Source: Magnetococcales bacterium (GTDB lineage Bacteria; Pseudomonadota; Magnetococcia; Magnetococcales; UBA8363). Taken from it: a stretch of 64,000 nt of DNA. Both the position numbers and the translations under genes were made by a program. Below are positions 55,292 to 64,000 of this stretch, one piece after another; position 1 is the stretch's first letter, and each line of letters starts with the position of its first letter. The DNA lies in assembly GCA_015228815.1 (NCBI GenBank), contig JADGCV010000012.1, positions 26,749 through 90,748 on the forward strand, given 5' to 3'. Below the pieces are notes generated by a model, which was not told the DNA's origin, searched no databases, and worked only from the letters and a program-made list of their open reading frames with translations.

Positions 55292-56796
55292 GGGGTAGAA
55301 GCGTGTCCGAAATCGTCAGACTCATGACCAACAGTGGCCAAATGGTAGAATACCGGAATGAGATTGTCCGTCAGGGGGGAATGAAGGACGCTTATTTTAG
55401 TTGCGATCGATCTCAGGTGGTGCTGTTCTTCCGCGACCCTCTAAGTAGAGCCGGTATCGAACGGCTTGAGGCCATCATCGGTCCTTATCGGGAGGGTATT
55501 TTCCACAACAACGGTGGAGATTACTGGAAGGATCTTTTCTGCTGGCCTACTGGGATGGTACAGAAGGATGGCCGACATGGCGTGGTGGTGCCGGTGTATC
55601 AGTCGCAGTTCTTTTTTACGTATGGCTCGGTGAACAATGATTTTCTGGGCATCAGGGGCAAGGAAAAGGAGGGAAAGTGGTTCGCCAGCGCCTCCAACCG
55701 TAACAAGTTCCTGGCCCCCGAGGAACGGGGCAATTGGCTGACCCATCTGCAGATCTGTCTGATGATCAGCCGCGCTGTGCGGCGTTTGCATATGGCCGGG
55801 CTGGCCCATTCGGATCTTTCTTACAAGAACGTGTTGGTGGACCCTACCAGCGGCAAGGCATGTGTCATCGACATTGATGGACTGGTAGTACCGCAGAAAT
55901 TTCTTCCCGACGTGGTGGGCACACCGGACTTCATTGCTCCGGAGGTACTTGCTACCCAGCATCTGGAAAGGAGTGATCCGGCCCGCAGGCTTCCCTCCAT
56001 TGCCACCGATCGTCACGCCTTGGCGGTGTTGATCTACATGTATCTGTTCTACCGTCATCCCCTACGAGGTGGGAAGGTGCATGACATGGATGCCACCCGG
56101 GATGAGGAACTGACCATGGGGAGCGGGGCACTGTTCATTGAGCACCCAAACGACCGTTCTAACTTGGTGAAAGCAAACCAACTTTCCACAGCGCATCTTC
56201 CCTGGGGTGACCCGGCCCGGATTCCTTTCACCATTGCAGGTCCACTGCTGAAAAAACTGTTCCTCAATGCGTTTGTCGATGGGCTTCATAATCCCGATCG
56301 TCGGCCCAGTGCCTCGGAGTGGGAGAACGCCCTGGTGCGGACCATCGACATGATTCAACCCTGTCCCAACCAGTGCGAAATGGGTTGGTACGTGTTTGAC
56401 AACAGCACCAGACCTAAATGTCCGTTCTGCGGTACTGCATATACCGGTGCGCTTCCGGTACTGAACTTCTACTCCAGCCGCCACCAAGGCGAGTTCCTAC
56501 CGGATGACCATCGGCTCATGGTGTGGGACGGACAGTCGCTGTTCTTGTGGCACGTTACGCGCAGGGTGTTTCCCAATGAGCATCTGGCCTCGGATCAGCG
56601 TTTGCGAATGGGGTATTTCCGACACCACAGAGGGGAGTGGTATCTGGTCAACGAGCGGATGAATGAGATGTTGGATATGGCAAGTGGACGGCGCATATCC
56701 ATAGGCAGTAATGTCAGACTCTCGGAGGGTAGCCAGTTCCTTTTGTCGAGGGATGACGGTGGACGGCTGGTCCATGTGCAACTGGTCAACGGTTGA
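55288..56796 (+). CDS. Ser/Thr protein kinase (TerY-P triad) with a C-terminal zinc-ribbon/FHA-like region
   Basis: Motifs: LAHSDLSYKNVLVD (HxDxxxxN), VIDIDGLVV and GTPDFIAPEV, then CPNQCEMGW...CPFCG. The start overlaps the upstream stop (ATGA). Confidence 0.8.
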   Translation: MRGRSVSEIVRLMTNSGQMVEYRNEIVRQGGMKDAYFSCDRSQVVLFFRDPLSRAGIERLEAIIGPYREGIFHNNGGDYWKDLFCWPTGMVQKDGRHGVVVPVYQSQFFFTYGSVNNDFLGIRGKEKEGKWFASASNRNKFLAPEERGNWLTHLQICLMISRAVRRLHMAGLAHSDLSYKNVLVDPTSGKACVIDIDGLVVPQKFLPDVVGTPDFIAPEVLATQHLERSDPARRLPSIATDRHALAVLIYMYLFYRHPLRGGKVHDMDATRDEELTMGSGALFIEHPNDRSNLVKANQLSTAHLPWGDPARIPFTIAGPLLKKLFLNAFVDGLHNPDRRPSASEWENALVRTIDMIQPCPNQCEMGWYVFDNSTRPKCPFCGTAYTGALPVLNFYSSRHQGEFLPDDHRLMVWDGQSLFLWHVTRRVFPNEHLASDQRLRMGYFRHHRGEWYLVNERMNEMLDMASGRRISIGSNVRLSEGSQFLLSRDDGGRLVHVQLVNG

Positions 56797-57050
56797 TGTC
56801 AACTTCATACGCCAGTTTCTTTGATGTACTGATAACGTACTGAAGTTTCGCTGTCTTGGCCGGTTGCGGGGCTGCGATCGATGGAAGCGGTGAAATGTCA
56901 GTGATAGAACTTGCCGATTGATCAGGGAGTAGAAAAAGATTACAGTTTTCTGGGAAATCTTCTTGAGAGTGAAGTATCTTTGGGTGATGGTTTTCCTGGA
57001 GATAAGGGGTTGCACCAAAATTATTGCAATTAAAGTAAAATTGTCTCCCA

Positions 57051-59867
57051 ATGGGGCATCATGTTTGGATCCTTTTTCCTCTTCGACAACCCATTCCTAT
57101 ACTCGGATCCATGGCCGCCATCGCCTCCATCCCCGTCAACGCCCTTCTGGTGCTGCTCCTGGCCCTGACCGGCACGGTCCTTCGTGCGACCCACGGCCAT
57201 CTTCATCCCATCCATCTGCCGCTTCTGACCTTCGCCCTGTTTGGTATTGGCGCTTTTTTCGTTCTTTTCGGCGAACGGGTCACCCCCCTTCGTTCGATCG
57301 AACGGTGGCTTTCGGGAGTGTGGTTCCTCTTCGCCTTTTTTCTTCTGCTCGATGACGAAACCATTTACTCCCTGGACAATACCGCTCATCGGCTGGTCCA
57401 AATCGGATTATGGATCAACGCGGCCCTCGCATTGTATCTATGGGCCGGCATGACCTTCGCCGACCGCGACGATCCCCACTGGCGTCGTATCCTCCTGGGA
57501 GGATGGCTGCTCTGGCCCGTGATCCTGGTGGCGGTACTTTCAGCCTCGCCCAATCCCAACATCGACGTGTTTCATCACGGTATCGAGGCAGTCGAACATC
57601 TTTTCGCCGGAAAAAATCCCTACGCCGAACCACTCTCCGACCTTTATCAGGGGGCTTATGGCTATATCCCCGGGTACATCTATCTTCCGGTCATCCTCGT
57701 GGCCAATGCCCTGGCACACGCTTTCCTGGGCGATATCCGCCATACCTATACCATCGCCCAACTTGTGATCCTCCTGGTCTTGTGGCGCATGGGCCGCAAC
57801 CGCGGCTTCTCTCCGGTTGCCTGTCATCTTCTGGCCATGGTCTGGATTTCCTTCCCGGTAACCCTGTTCGTCATCGAACAGGCGTGGAACGATACCCTGC
57901 TGATCGCCTTTTCGGCCCTCCTTGCCTGGAGTCTCGACCGTCAGATCCGGGGAGAGGCCCCCCGGGCCTGGTGGACCACCGCCATTTTCCTGGGACTCGC
58001 GGTCGCAACCAAGCAGTATGCCGTGGTCTTGGCCTGGATCACCCTCCTGTTTCTCTGGCGACGCTTTGGTTTGTCCCTGGCCCTTCGCGTGGCGGGGGTC
58101 TCCTTGTCCGTCTTCCTCGTCACCGTTCTCCCTTTTTTCCTCTGGGATCCCGCCTCCTTCATCGCCCATCCGATCCTCGAAGTCGCGGGATACCGCATTC
58201 GCGGCGATGCCCTCTCCTGGATCGCCTATTTGCTTTCCTTCTCCGGAATGGAAATCGGCGGCGGCATCATCCTCACGATCTATTTCCTGATCGCGGGCGC
58301 CGTCACCCTCTGGTTGATCGTTCACGACCGCCTTACCCTGTTTCACTGGGCATTGGCGGCGATCCTGATTTTTGGCGGATTGTTCCTCTTCGGCAAGCAG
58401 GCCTTCTGCAACTATTACCATTTCCTGGCCTTTTTCATACTTCTGGCCCTCCTCTTCGCCCAGGAAAAACGTCACGGAACCTCGGAATCCCTCCCTGATT
58501 CGACCCGTATTCCTGGACAACCCGGACACCTCGGACCGGAGACGATGGGTTTTTCCTTTCCCGCGTTTTCGACGTTCGGCTCCGCCCCGATCCTGCCGCA
58601 ACCCCTCTTCTGGACCCTGATGACCGTGGCGGTCCTCATCCGCCTGACCTTCCTCGACATGATCGAATTCAAGGAAGACGAATTCAATGCCATCGTCCTG
58701 GCCTGGAAACAGTTCTCGGAGGGCGTTCTTGCCCAGACCGGCCTGAAATCCTCCACCGGACTGTTCAATCCGCCGTTTTTCATCTATCTGATGTCCCTGC
58801 CGGTCGCCGTCACCACCGATCCCATCCTGGTGACCCTCTTCGTCATCATGTTCAATCTGGTTGGGCTGGTTTTGCTTTATGACGTGCTGCGGTGGGCCTT
58901 TTCCGCCAATGTCGCCGCCCTGACCACACTCCTGTTCGCCTCTTCTCCCTGGGTCGTCCTCTACTCCAGAAAAATATGGGCCCAGGATTTTCTTTTTCCC
59001 TTCATGATGGGGCTGGTGGCGCTCCTGGTTTCCATGAGCGAACGGTCGCGTCCATGGAAAACCTGGCTTTTGTTTTTCCTTCTGGCGGTGGTGACCCAAC
59101 TGCACATGAGCGCCTGGTTTCTCCCCCCCGCCATTCTCCTGTTCATGGTGCGTTTCCGCGTCGCCGTCCGCTGGCGCGATCTGGGGGTGGGCCTCGCGGT
59201 GCTGTCGCTCCTTTATGTTCCATACCTTCGGTTTCACGTCCAAACCGGCTTCCAGAACCTGATCGAGGCGATAAACCTCATGGGGGGCCAGGACAATCCG
59301 TTTCCGGCAGGTAATCTTCTCTGGATGGTTTTGATCGCCACTGGCGTGGGGTTTTCCTACCTTCTCGGCAACGATGGTTTTTCGCGCTTCTGGGAGGCCA
59401 ACCTGATCGCCCTTCCCTACGGGATGTTTTTCCTGTTTTTCATGCTGACCGTCCTCGGATGGGTGTGGGTGATGGGCCATCATTGGCCTTTTCGGACCGG
59501 GAATCGTGTTCTGGAAACGCCTCGTGGCGCCCGGATGGTGACGTTGCTCTTTTGGATCATGGTGACGATCCAGGGGGCGTATGTCCTCCTGTCCATTCCC
59601 TCCTTTCCCCACTATGCCATCATCTTCTTTCCTTCCCTGTTTCTGTTCGCGGTATTGCTCCTGGGACGGTTCCATGAGTGGCTGGCCCCGGGAAGACGTC
59701 GTGGGGTCGTGGTCGGCCTCGTGACCGCGATCGTCGTGGCCAATCTGTATCACACCATTTCGTTTCATTCCTTCGTCCTTTATAATCCGCAAAGTATTTC
59801 GGGGGACTATGGCGTTCCCTACTTTGTCGATCGGCAACGGTGGAAACACCTGTTGCCCGGCCCGTGA
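57051..59867 (+). CDS. Large polytopic membrane protein (938 aa), apparently two GT-C-type glycosyltransferase modules in tandem
   Basis: The protein is hydrophobic throughout. The N-terminal half has DVFHHGIEAVEHLFAGKNPY (DUF2029/GT87-like cue). The C-terminal half has LTFLDMIEFKEDEFNAIVLAW...GLFNPPFFIYLM (ArnT/PMT-like cue). The start is 57051 or 57111. Confidence 0.55.
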   Translation: MGHHVWILFPLRQPIPILGSMAAIASIPVNALLVLLLALTGTVLRATHGHLHPIHLPLLTFALFGIGAFFVLFGERVTPLRSIERWLSGVWFLFAFFLLLDDETIYSLDNTAHRLVQIGLWINAALALYLWAGMTFADRDDPHWRRILLGGWLLWPVILVAVLSASPNPNIDVFHHGIEAVEHLFAGKNPYAEPLSDLYQGAYGYIPGYIYLPVILVANALAHAFLGDIRHTYTIAQLVILLVLWRMGRNRGFSPVACHLLAMVWISFPVTLFVIEQAWNDTLLIAFSALLAWSLDRQIRGEAPRAWWTTAIFLGLAVATKQYAVVLAWITLLFLWRRFGLSLALRVAGVSLSVFLVTVLPFFLWDPASFIAHPILEVAGYRIRGDALSWIAYLLSFSGMEIGGGIILTIYFLIAGAVTLWLIVHDRLTLFHWALAAILIFGGLFLFGKQAFCNYYHFLAFFILLALLFAQEKRHGTSESLPDSTRIPGQPGHLGPETMGFSFPAFSTFGSAPILPQPLFWTLMTVAVLIRLTFLDMIEFKEDEFNAIVLAWKQFSEGVLAQTGLKSSTGLFNPPFFIYLMSLPVAVTTDPILVTLFVIMFNLVGLVLLYDVLRWAFSANVAALTTLLFASSPWVVLYSRKIWAQDFLFPFMMGLVALLVSMSERSRPWKTWLLFFLLAVVTQLHMSAWFLPPAILLFMVRFRVAVRWRDLGVGLAVLSLLYVPYLRFHVQTGFQNLIEAINLMGGQDNPFPAGNLLWMVLIATGVGFSYLLGNDGFSRFWEANLIALPYGMFFLFFMLTVLGWVWVMGHHWPFRTGNRVLETPRGARMVTLLFWIMVTIQGAYVLLSIPSFPHYAIIFFPSLFLFAVLLLGRFHEWLAPGRRRGVVVGLVTAIVVANLYHTISFHSFVLYNPQSISGDYGVPYFVDRQRWKHLLPGP

Positions 59868-59919
59868 TACGGGACGTTTCGATGATCGAAATTATCCTGC
59901 CAAGGAAGGACGGCCCACC

Positions 59920-62034
59920 ATGACCGGACCGGATCATTCGCCCCCAGGGGCGGCGCCATTTCCTGTGCAACCGGTGTTCGCTCATGCCATGGACCATCAC
60001 CTGGCGGGCCGCCTTCAGGAGGCCGAGGCGCTCTATCGTCGCATCCTCCAGGACGAGCCCAACCACGCCGATGCCTTGCACATGTTCGGGGTTCTGGCGC
60101 ATCAACTGGGGCATCACGAAGTCGCGGTGGCATGCCTTGACCGGGTGATCGCCTTCCGTCCCGGATTTGTCGAAGCCCACTACAATCGTGGCAACGCCTT
60201 GAAATCCCTGGGTCAAAAGGAACAGGCCGCGAAGAGTTATCGCCAGGTGGTCCGGCTGGGTGGCGACGTTCCCGAAGCCTTGTTTTTCGTCGGCAACGGT
60301 TTCTGGGAACTGGGTCACCGTGCGGAAGCACTGGCATGCTACCGCAGGGCGGTCGGGATCAACCCTCGATTCGCCGCGGCCTTTGCCGCCCTGGGACGCG
60401 CCTTGAAGGAGGAGGGGGCGTGGGTCGAAGCCCGACAGGCGTGTCTCGATGCGCTGGCCCTTTCCCCGGAGGATCCCGAGGTCTGGTTTACCCTGGGGCT
60501 GATCGACATTCAAACCCGATCTTTCCCCGAGGCCGAGGAACACCTGAAAAAATGTTTATCGCTTCGTCCTGAATTTCCCGAGGCGTTGTGCAATCTGGGG
60601 CTGGTATTTCTCGAATCGAACCGGGTTTCCGAGGCGATCGGCTTTTTGCAGGAGGCCATCGCCCTGAAACCTGACGATTCCGCAGCCTTGTCCAACCTGG
60701 GCGCCGCCTGCCAGGAACAGGGACGCTACGAGGAGGCCATCGATCTGTATTCCCGGGCCCTGGCATTCAAGCCCGACGTTGCCGAAATCTTTTCCAACAT
60801 GGGATATGCCCTTCAGGAACTGGGACGGCTCGACGAGGCGGTCGCATCCCTCATGCGGGCCGTGGCGCTTTCTCCCGACGATCCGGCGGCATGGAACAAC
60901 CTGGGCAACGTCTACAAGCAACTGGGACGCCATGACGAAGCCCTGGCCGCCTATCAAAGGGCACTGCGCATCGCTCCCGATCATCCCGAGGTCCATGCCA
61001 ACGTCGGGGCGCTCCATTTGGAGTTGGGGCGTTGGGATGAGGCGCTTCATTGGTTCGGACGGGTTCTGGAGATCAAACCCGACCATCCCGAGGGACATTT
61101 GGGACTGGGTCTGTACCATTTGACGATGGGGGATCTGGAGTCGGGTTGGAATGATTACGAATGGCGCTGGCGGACGCGAAATTTTATCCATCATGGCCAT
61201 TCGCAGCCCTTGTGGATGGGGGAACCGTTGCCGGGAAAAACCTTGTTGATCCACTGTGAGCAGGGGTATGGCGATGGCATCCAGTTCATCCGTCTGGTCC
61301 CGGAGGCGCGGAGAATCAGCGGTGCCAAGGGGGTGGTGCTGTTTTGTCCCGAACCTTTGTCTCGGTTGTTTGCGACCATGGCGGGCATCGATGTTCGGAC
61401 CTCGCGACGGGAGGATCTGCCTCAATGCGATGTCCAGGTTCCCCTTTTGAGTCTGCCCCATCGTTTGAAAACGACCCTGGCCACGATTCCGGCCCCCATT
61501 CCCTATCTGGCGGCTGATCCGGCGTTGGTGCGGGTGTTTCGCGATCGGCTGGCTTTGTATCCCGGATTCAAGGTGGGCATCGCCTGGCGGGGAAATCCGC
61601 GGCACAAAAATGACCGGCAACGTTCGATGGATCCGGCGTTGTTTCTGCCACTGGCGGCGCTGCCGGGGTGTTGCCTGGTGAATTTGCAGATGGATGTGAC
61701 CCCGACCGAACGCGCGCTGTTCGCCCCGTGTCACCCGTTTGTCGATGTCTCGGGGATGGTGCGCGATTTTGCCGACACTGCGGCGGTCCTTGCCAACCTT
61801 GACCTGGTGATCGCGGTCGATACCGCTGTCATTCATCTGGCCGGGGCGATGGGACGACGGGCCTGGTTATTGTTGCCGCACGTCGCCGACTGGCGCTGGC
61901 TTCGGGATCGGAGCGACAGTCCGTGGTATCCCGGCCTGCGGTTGCTGCGGCAAGGGACCATGGGGGATTGGCGTGCGTGCATCGATCGGGTTGCCGACGA
62001 TTTGAAAAAAATCGATCAAGGAGTGCCTTCGTGA
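59920..62034 (+). CDS. TPR-repeat protein with a C-terminal GT9/GT41-like glycosyltransferase domain
   Basis: ORF 59809..62034. The start is set at ATG 59920, after the upstream stop. It has about 12 TPR units (AEALYRRILQDEPNHADAL...), then LLIHCEQGYGDGIQFIRLVP and VIAVDTAVIHLAGAMG. Confidence 0.75.
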   Translation: MTGPDHSPPGAAPFPVQPVFAHAMDHHLAGRLQEAEALYRRILQDEPNHADALHMFGVLAHQLGHHEVAVACLDRVIAFRPGFVEAHYNRGNALKSLGQKEQAAKSYRQVVRLGGDVPEALFFVGNGFWELGHRAEALACYRRAVGINPRFAAAFAALGRALKEEGAWVEARQACLDALALSPEDPEVWFTLGLIDIQTRSFPEAEEHLKKCLSLRPEFPEALCNLGLVFLESNRVSEAIGFLQEAIALKPDDSAALSNLGAACQEQGRYEEAIDLYSRALAFKPDVAEIFSNMGYALQELGRLDEAVASLMRAVALSPDDPAAWNNLGNVYKQLGRHDEALAAYQRALRIAPDHPEVHANVGALHLELGRWDEALHWFGRVLEIKPDHPEGHLGLGLYHLTMGDLESGWNDYEWRWRTRNFIHHGHSQPLWMGEPLPGKTLLIHCEQGYGDGIQFIRLVPEARRISGAKGVVLFCPEPLSRLFATMAGIDVRTSRREDLPQCDVQVPLLSLPHRLKTTLATIPAPIPYLAADPALVRVFRDRLALYPGFKVGIAWRGNPRHKNDRQRSMDPALFLPLAALPGCCLVNLQMDVTPTERALFAPCHPFVDVSGMVRDFADTAAVLANLDLVIAVDTAVIHLAGAMGRRAWLLLPHVADWRWLRDRSDSPWYPGLRLLRQGTMGDWRACIDRVADDLKKIDQGVPS

Positions 62035-62963
62035 AACAACGTCGCTTGATCAGTTTCGATTGGGCCTTGAAACGTCTTTTGCGCAGCAAGGCCAATTTTG
62101 AAATCCTGGAGGGGTTTCTGAGCGAACTTCTCAAGGATGATATTCGTATTCAGGAAATTCTGGAGAGCGAAAGCAACAAAAATGACCGGCTCGATAAATA
62201 CAACAGGGTTGACATCAAGGTAAGAAACAAGAACGGTGAATTGATTCTGGTCGAAATCCAGGCGCAACGGCAGTGGGATTATCTGCAACGCCTGCTGTAT
62301 GGCACTGCCAAGGCAGTCACGGAACACATTGACGAGGGAGAACCTTATACGAGCATTCCCAAGGTCATCTCGGTGAGTATCGTCTATTTCGACCTGGGGC
62401 AGGGGACGGATTATGTCTACAAGGGGACGACCACCTTCAAGGGATTGCATACGCATGATGAATTGAGTCTCAGCGAAGGGCAGAAGTCGCTGTTCCACCG
62501 TGGCAGCGTTCCCGAACTTTATCTGGAATATTATCTGATCAAGATCAATCGTTTCGACAATGTGGCGCGGGATACCCTGGACGAGTGGATTTATTTTCTG
62601 AAGAATGAGGACATCCGCGAGGGCTTTACTGCGCGTGGCCTCGACAAGGCCAAGAAGCAGTTGGACATTCTCACCCTTACCGGTCCGGAACGGGAGTCCT
62701 ACGAACGCTACAAGGATGACCTTCACGATCAGGCCAGCATGGTATTTTCGACCTATGGTGTCGGCAAGTGGGAGGGGATACAGGAAGGGGAGAAAAAAGG
62801 CGAGGCCAAATTATTGTTACGCCTGTTGCACCGTCGCTTTGGCGTCATTCCCGAGTGGGCCAACGAAAAGATTGCCCAGGCCGAACTGCCTGCCCTGGAA
62901 CGGTGGAGTTTGGGTCTCCTCGAGGCCCGAACATTGGCCGAGGTGTTTTCGGACGATCCGTGA
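62031..62963 (+). CDS. Rpn/YhgA-like PD-(D/E)XK nuclease-family 'transposase' with a DUF4351-like C-terminus
   Basis: GTG 62031 overlaps the upstream TGA (GTGA). VKQRRLISFDWALKRLLRSKANFEILEGFLSELL...RVDIKVRNKNGELILVEIQ is the PD-(D/E)XK core. The C-terminus reads LLLRLLHRRFGVIPEWANEKI. Confidence 0.8.
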   Translation: MKQRRLISFDWALKRLLRSKANFEILEGFLSELLKDDIRIQEILESESNKNDRLDKYNRVDIKVRNKNGELILVEIQAQRQWDYLQRLLYGTAKAVTEHIDEGEPYTSIPKVISVSIVYFDLGQGTDYVYKGTTTFKGLHTHDELSLSEGQKSLFHRGSVPELYLEYYLIKINRFDNVARDTLDEWIYFLKNEDIREGFTARGLDKAKKQLDILTLTGPERESYERYKDDLHDQASMVFSTYGVGKWEGIQEGEKKGEAKLLLRLLHRRFGVIPEWANEKIAQAELPALERWSLGLLEARTLAEVFSDDP

Positions 62964-63124
62964 GGTGACATGTTTTCGTGGCGCCTGCGTATCGGTGCGA
63001 ATCGACGGGATGTATCGAAAGAAGGAATGATCAAAAGAATAAAAAAGGCTCAAGGGAGTACTTCCAGGGGTGATTGGCTTTTCGGACGAATGTCGATCCC
63101 TGCCAAATTTTGGACCGGTGAACC

Positions 63125-64000
63125 TTGGATACGTTGACGGAACTTGATCGTGCGATCGATCATCACACCCATGGCCGGTTATCCGAGGCCCGGGAGATGT
63201 ATCGCAGGGTTCTGCGAAAAAATCCGCGACAGCATGATGCCCTTCATTTGTCGGGGGTGCTGGCCCTGCAAACGGGGGATCCGGTCGCGGCGATTCATCT
63301 GATCGGGACTGCCGTTGCCATCCGGCCCGAATTTGCCGAGGCTCATTGCCATCTGGGGCTGGCGTGTCAGGCCGTGGGGCAAAACGAGGAAGCGTTGCGC
63401 CACTTCCATGAGTCCACCCGGCACAAGGCGCGGTTTCCCGATCCCTGGTTTCACCGGGGCAATCTTCTGGCCGAACTGGGGCGTTCCGAAGAGGCCCTGG
63501 CTGCGTATTCTCATGCAGTTTCCCTGGCGCCGCAATGGGCCGAGGCCCATTACAATCTTGGCAACACCTTCGTCACTCTGCAACGATGGCCCGAGGCCGA
63601 GGCCAGTTATTTGCGGGCGGTGGTGGCGAAACCCGATTTTGCCGCCGCATGGTTCAATCGGGGGTTGACCCTTGGGACCCTGGGCCGGCATGAAGAAGCG
63701 CTGCATTCCTTGTTTCGCGGGTTGTCCCTTGAGCCCGACAATGCGGGGGGCCATAACGGTTTGGGCAATACTCTTCTGGAATTGGGGCGACTTGAGGAAG
63801 CGGTCGCTGCCTATCGTCGGGCCATGGCCCTTGATCCGGCCCTGATCGATGCGGTCTACAATCTGGGACGGGTGCATGCCCTGAGGCAGGCGTTGGATGA
63901 GGCCGTGGCGTGTTATCGTGCCGCTTTGGCGCTCGATCCTGGATTTGCTCCGGCGCTCTATAATATGGGCAACACATTGTCGCGCCTGGGACGCCTCAAA
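63125..64000 (+). CDS. TPR-repeat protein, 3-prime end beyond the right window edge
   Basis: Not in the ORF track (no ATG, and open at the edge). My translation gives LDTLTELDRAIDHHTHGRLSEAREMYRRVLRKNPRQHDALHLSGVLALQTGD... with regular 34-aa TPR units running to base 64000. The frame opens after TGA 63119-63121. The only start candidates are TTG 63125 and TTG 63134. Confidence 0.65.
   Translation, partial: MDTLTELDRAIDHHTHGRLSEAREMYRRVLRKNPRQHDALHLSGVLALQTGDPVAAIHLIGTAVAIRPEFAEAHCHLGLACQAVGQNEEALRHFHESTRHKARFPDPWFHRGNLLAELGRSEEALAAYSHAVSLAPQWAEAHYNLGNTFVTLQRWPEAEASYLRAVVAKPDFAAAWFNRGLTLGTLGRHEEALHSLFRGLSLEPDNAGGHNGLGNTLLELGRLEEAVAAYRRAMALDPALIDAVYNLGRVHALRQALDEAVACYRAALALDPGFAPALYNMGNTLSRLGRLK

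Noticed and set aside
45203-56796. The ter / TerY-P cluster as the 'undescribed system'
   Set aside because: TerZ/D/F/B/C, HAD, TerY, PP2C and kinase associations are already described in the comparative-genomics literature. Only the local details are reported as findings.
57410-59849. Minus ORF 57540..59849 (769 aa) and plus ORF 57410..58498 (362 aa)
   Set aside because: The 938-aa frame from 57051 is coherently hydrophobic, as a membrane protein should be. The alternatives are G/E/D/H/P-rich, typical of off-frame GC-rich sequence.
59620-61836. Minus ORFs 59620..60543 (307 aa) and 60556..61836 (426 aa)
   Set aside because: They are antisense to the TPR-glycosyltransferase gene, which has regular 34-aa TPR periodicity.
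63179-63877. A 232-aa minus ORF
   Set aside because: It is antisense to an obvious TPR-repeat frame on the plus strand that runs to the window edge.
1-64000. A search by eye for tRNA, rRNA, tmRNA, and cas1, cas2 or cas6
   Set aside because: I found no cloverleaf-like GTTCGAATC-type T-arm contexts outside coding frames, no rRNA-like segments and no ORFs with Cas1, Cas2 or Cas6 motifs. A tRNAscan, Infernal or HMM run would be needed to be sure.

Overview
All calls come from reading the sequence and the ORF track. No similarity searches were run, so family names rest on motif recognition, and GC statements are by eye. The window is a GC-rich chromosomal segment of a Gram-negative bacterium (LPS heptosyltransferase, chemoreceptor and flagellin-methylase genes are present). 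It is a mosaic of defence and accessory modules.

(1) 1-9726: a minus-strand type III-B CRISPR-Cas locus. It holds a 19-repeat array (8031-9427, leader on the right). One translationally coupled operon follows: SIR2-domain protein, 248-aa protein, SMC-like ATPase, cmr1 and cmr2, with cmr2 running off the left edge. The SIR2/small/SMC triad has the Lamassu architecture and is welded onto the cmr genes. This is my top candidate for an undescribed system.

(2) 9727-12622: a two-gene permease and a DUF1640 coiled-coil gene.

(3) 12611-35834: about 23 kb bracketed by imperfect 179-bp direct repeats.
- A decayed BREX-type-2-like locus: pglW pseudogene, no pglX or pglZ, intact BrxC/PglY ATPase.
- A HEPN/MNT pair.
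- MITE-like palindromic elements.
- An AT-rich radical-SAM/SPASM locus.
- A tightly coupled 8-gene nucleotide-chemistry operon with no pathway I recognise. This is the second candidate.
- A VOC gene and a TetR gene flanked by two CMD/AhpD paralogues.

(4) 35778-43743: a NIT-HAMP-MCP-CZB chemoreceptor and envelope/flagellin-modification genes.

(5) 43894-57050: an IS1595 remnant, an AT-rich spacer and a complete ter / TerY-P island (a known family).

(6) 57051-64000: a double GT-C membrane protein, a TPR-glycosyltransferase, an Rpn-type PD-(D/E)XK gene and a partial TPR gene.

I found no rRNA, tRNA, cas1, cas2 or cas6 in the window. Many long ORFs in the track are antisense shadows typical of GC-rich DNA and were rejected.
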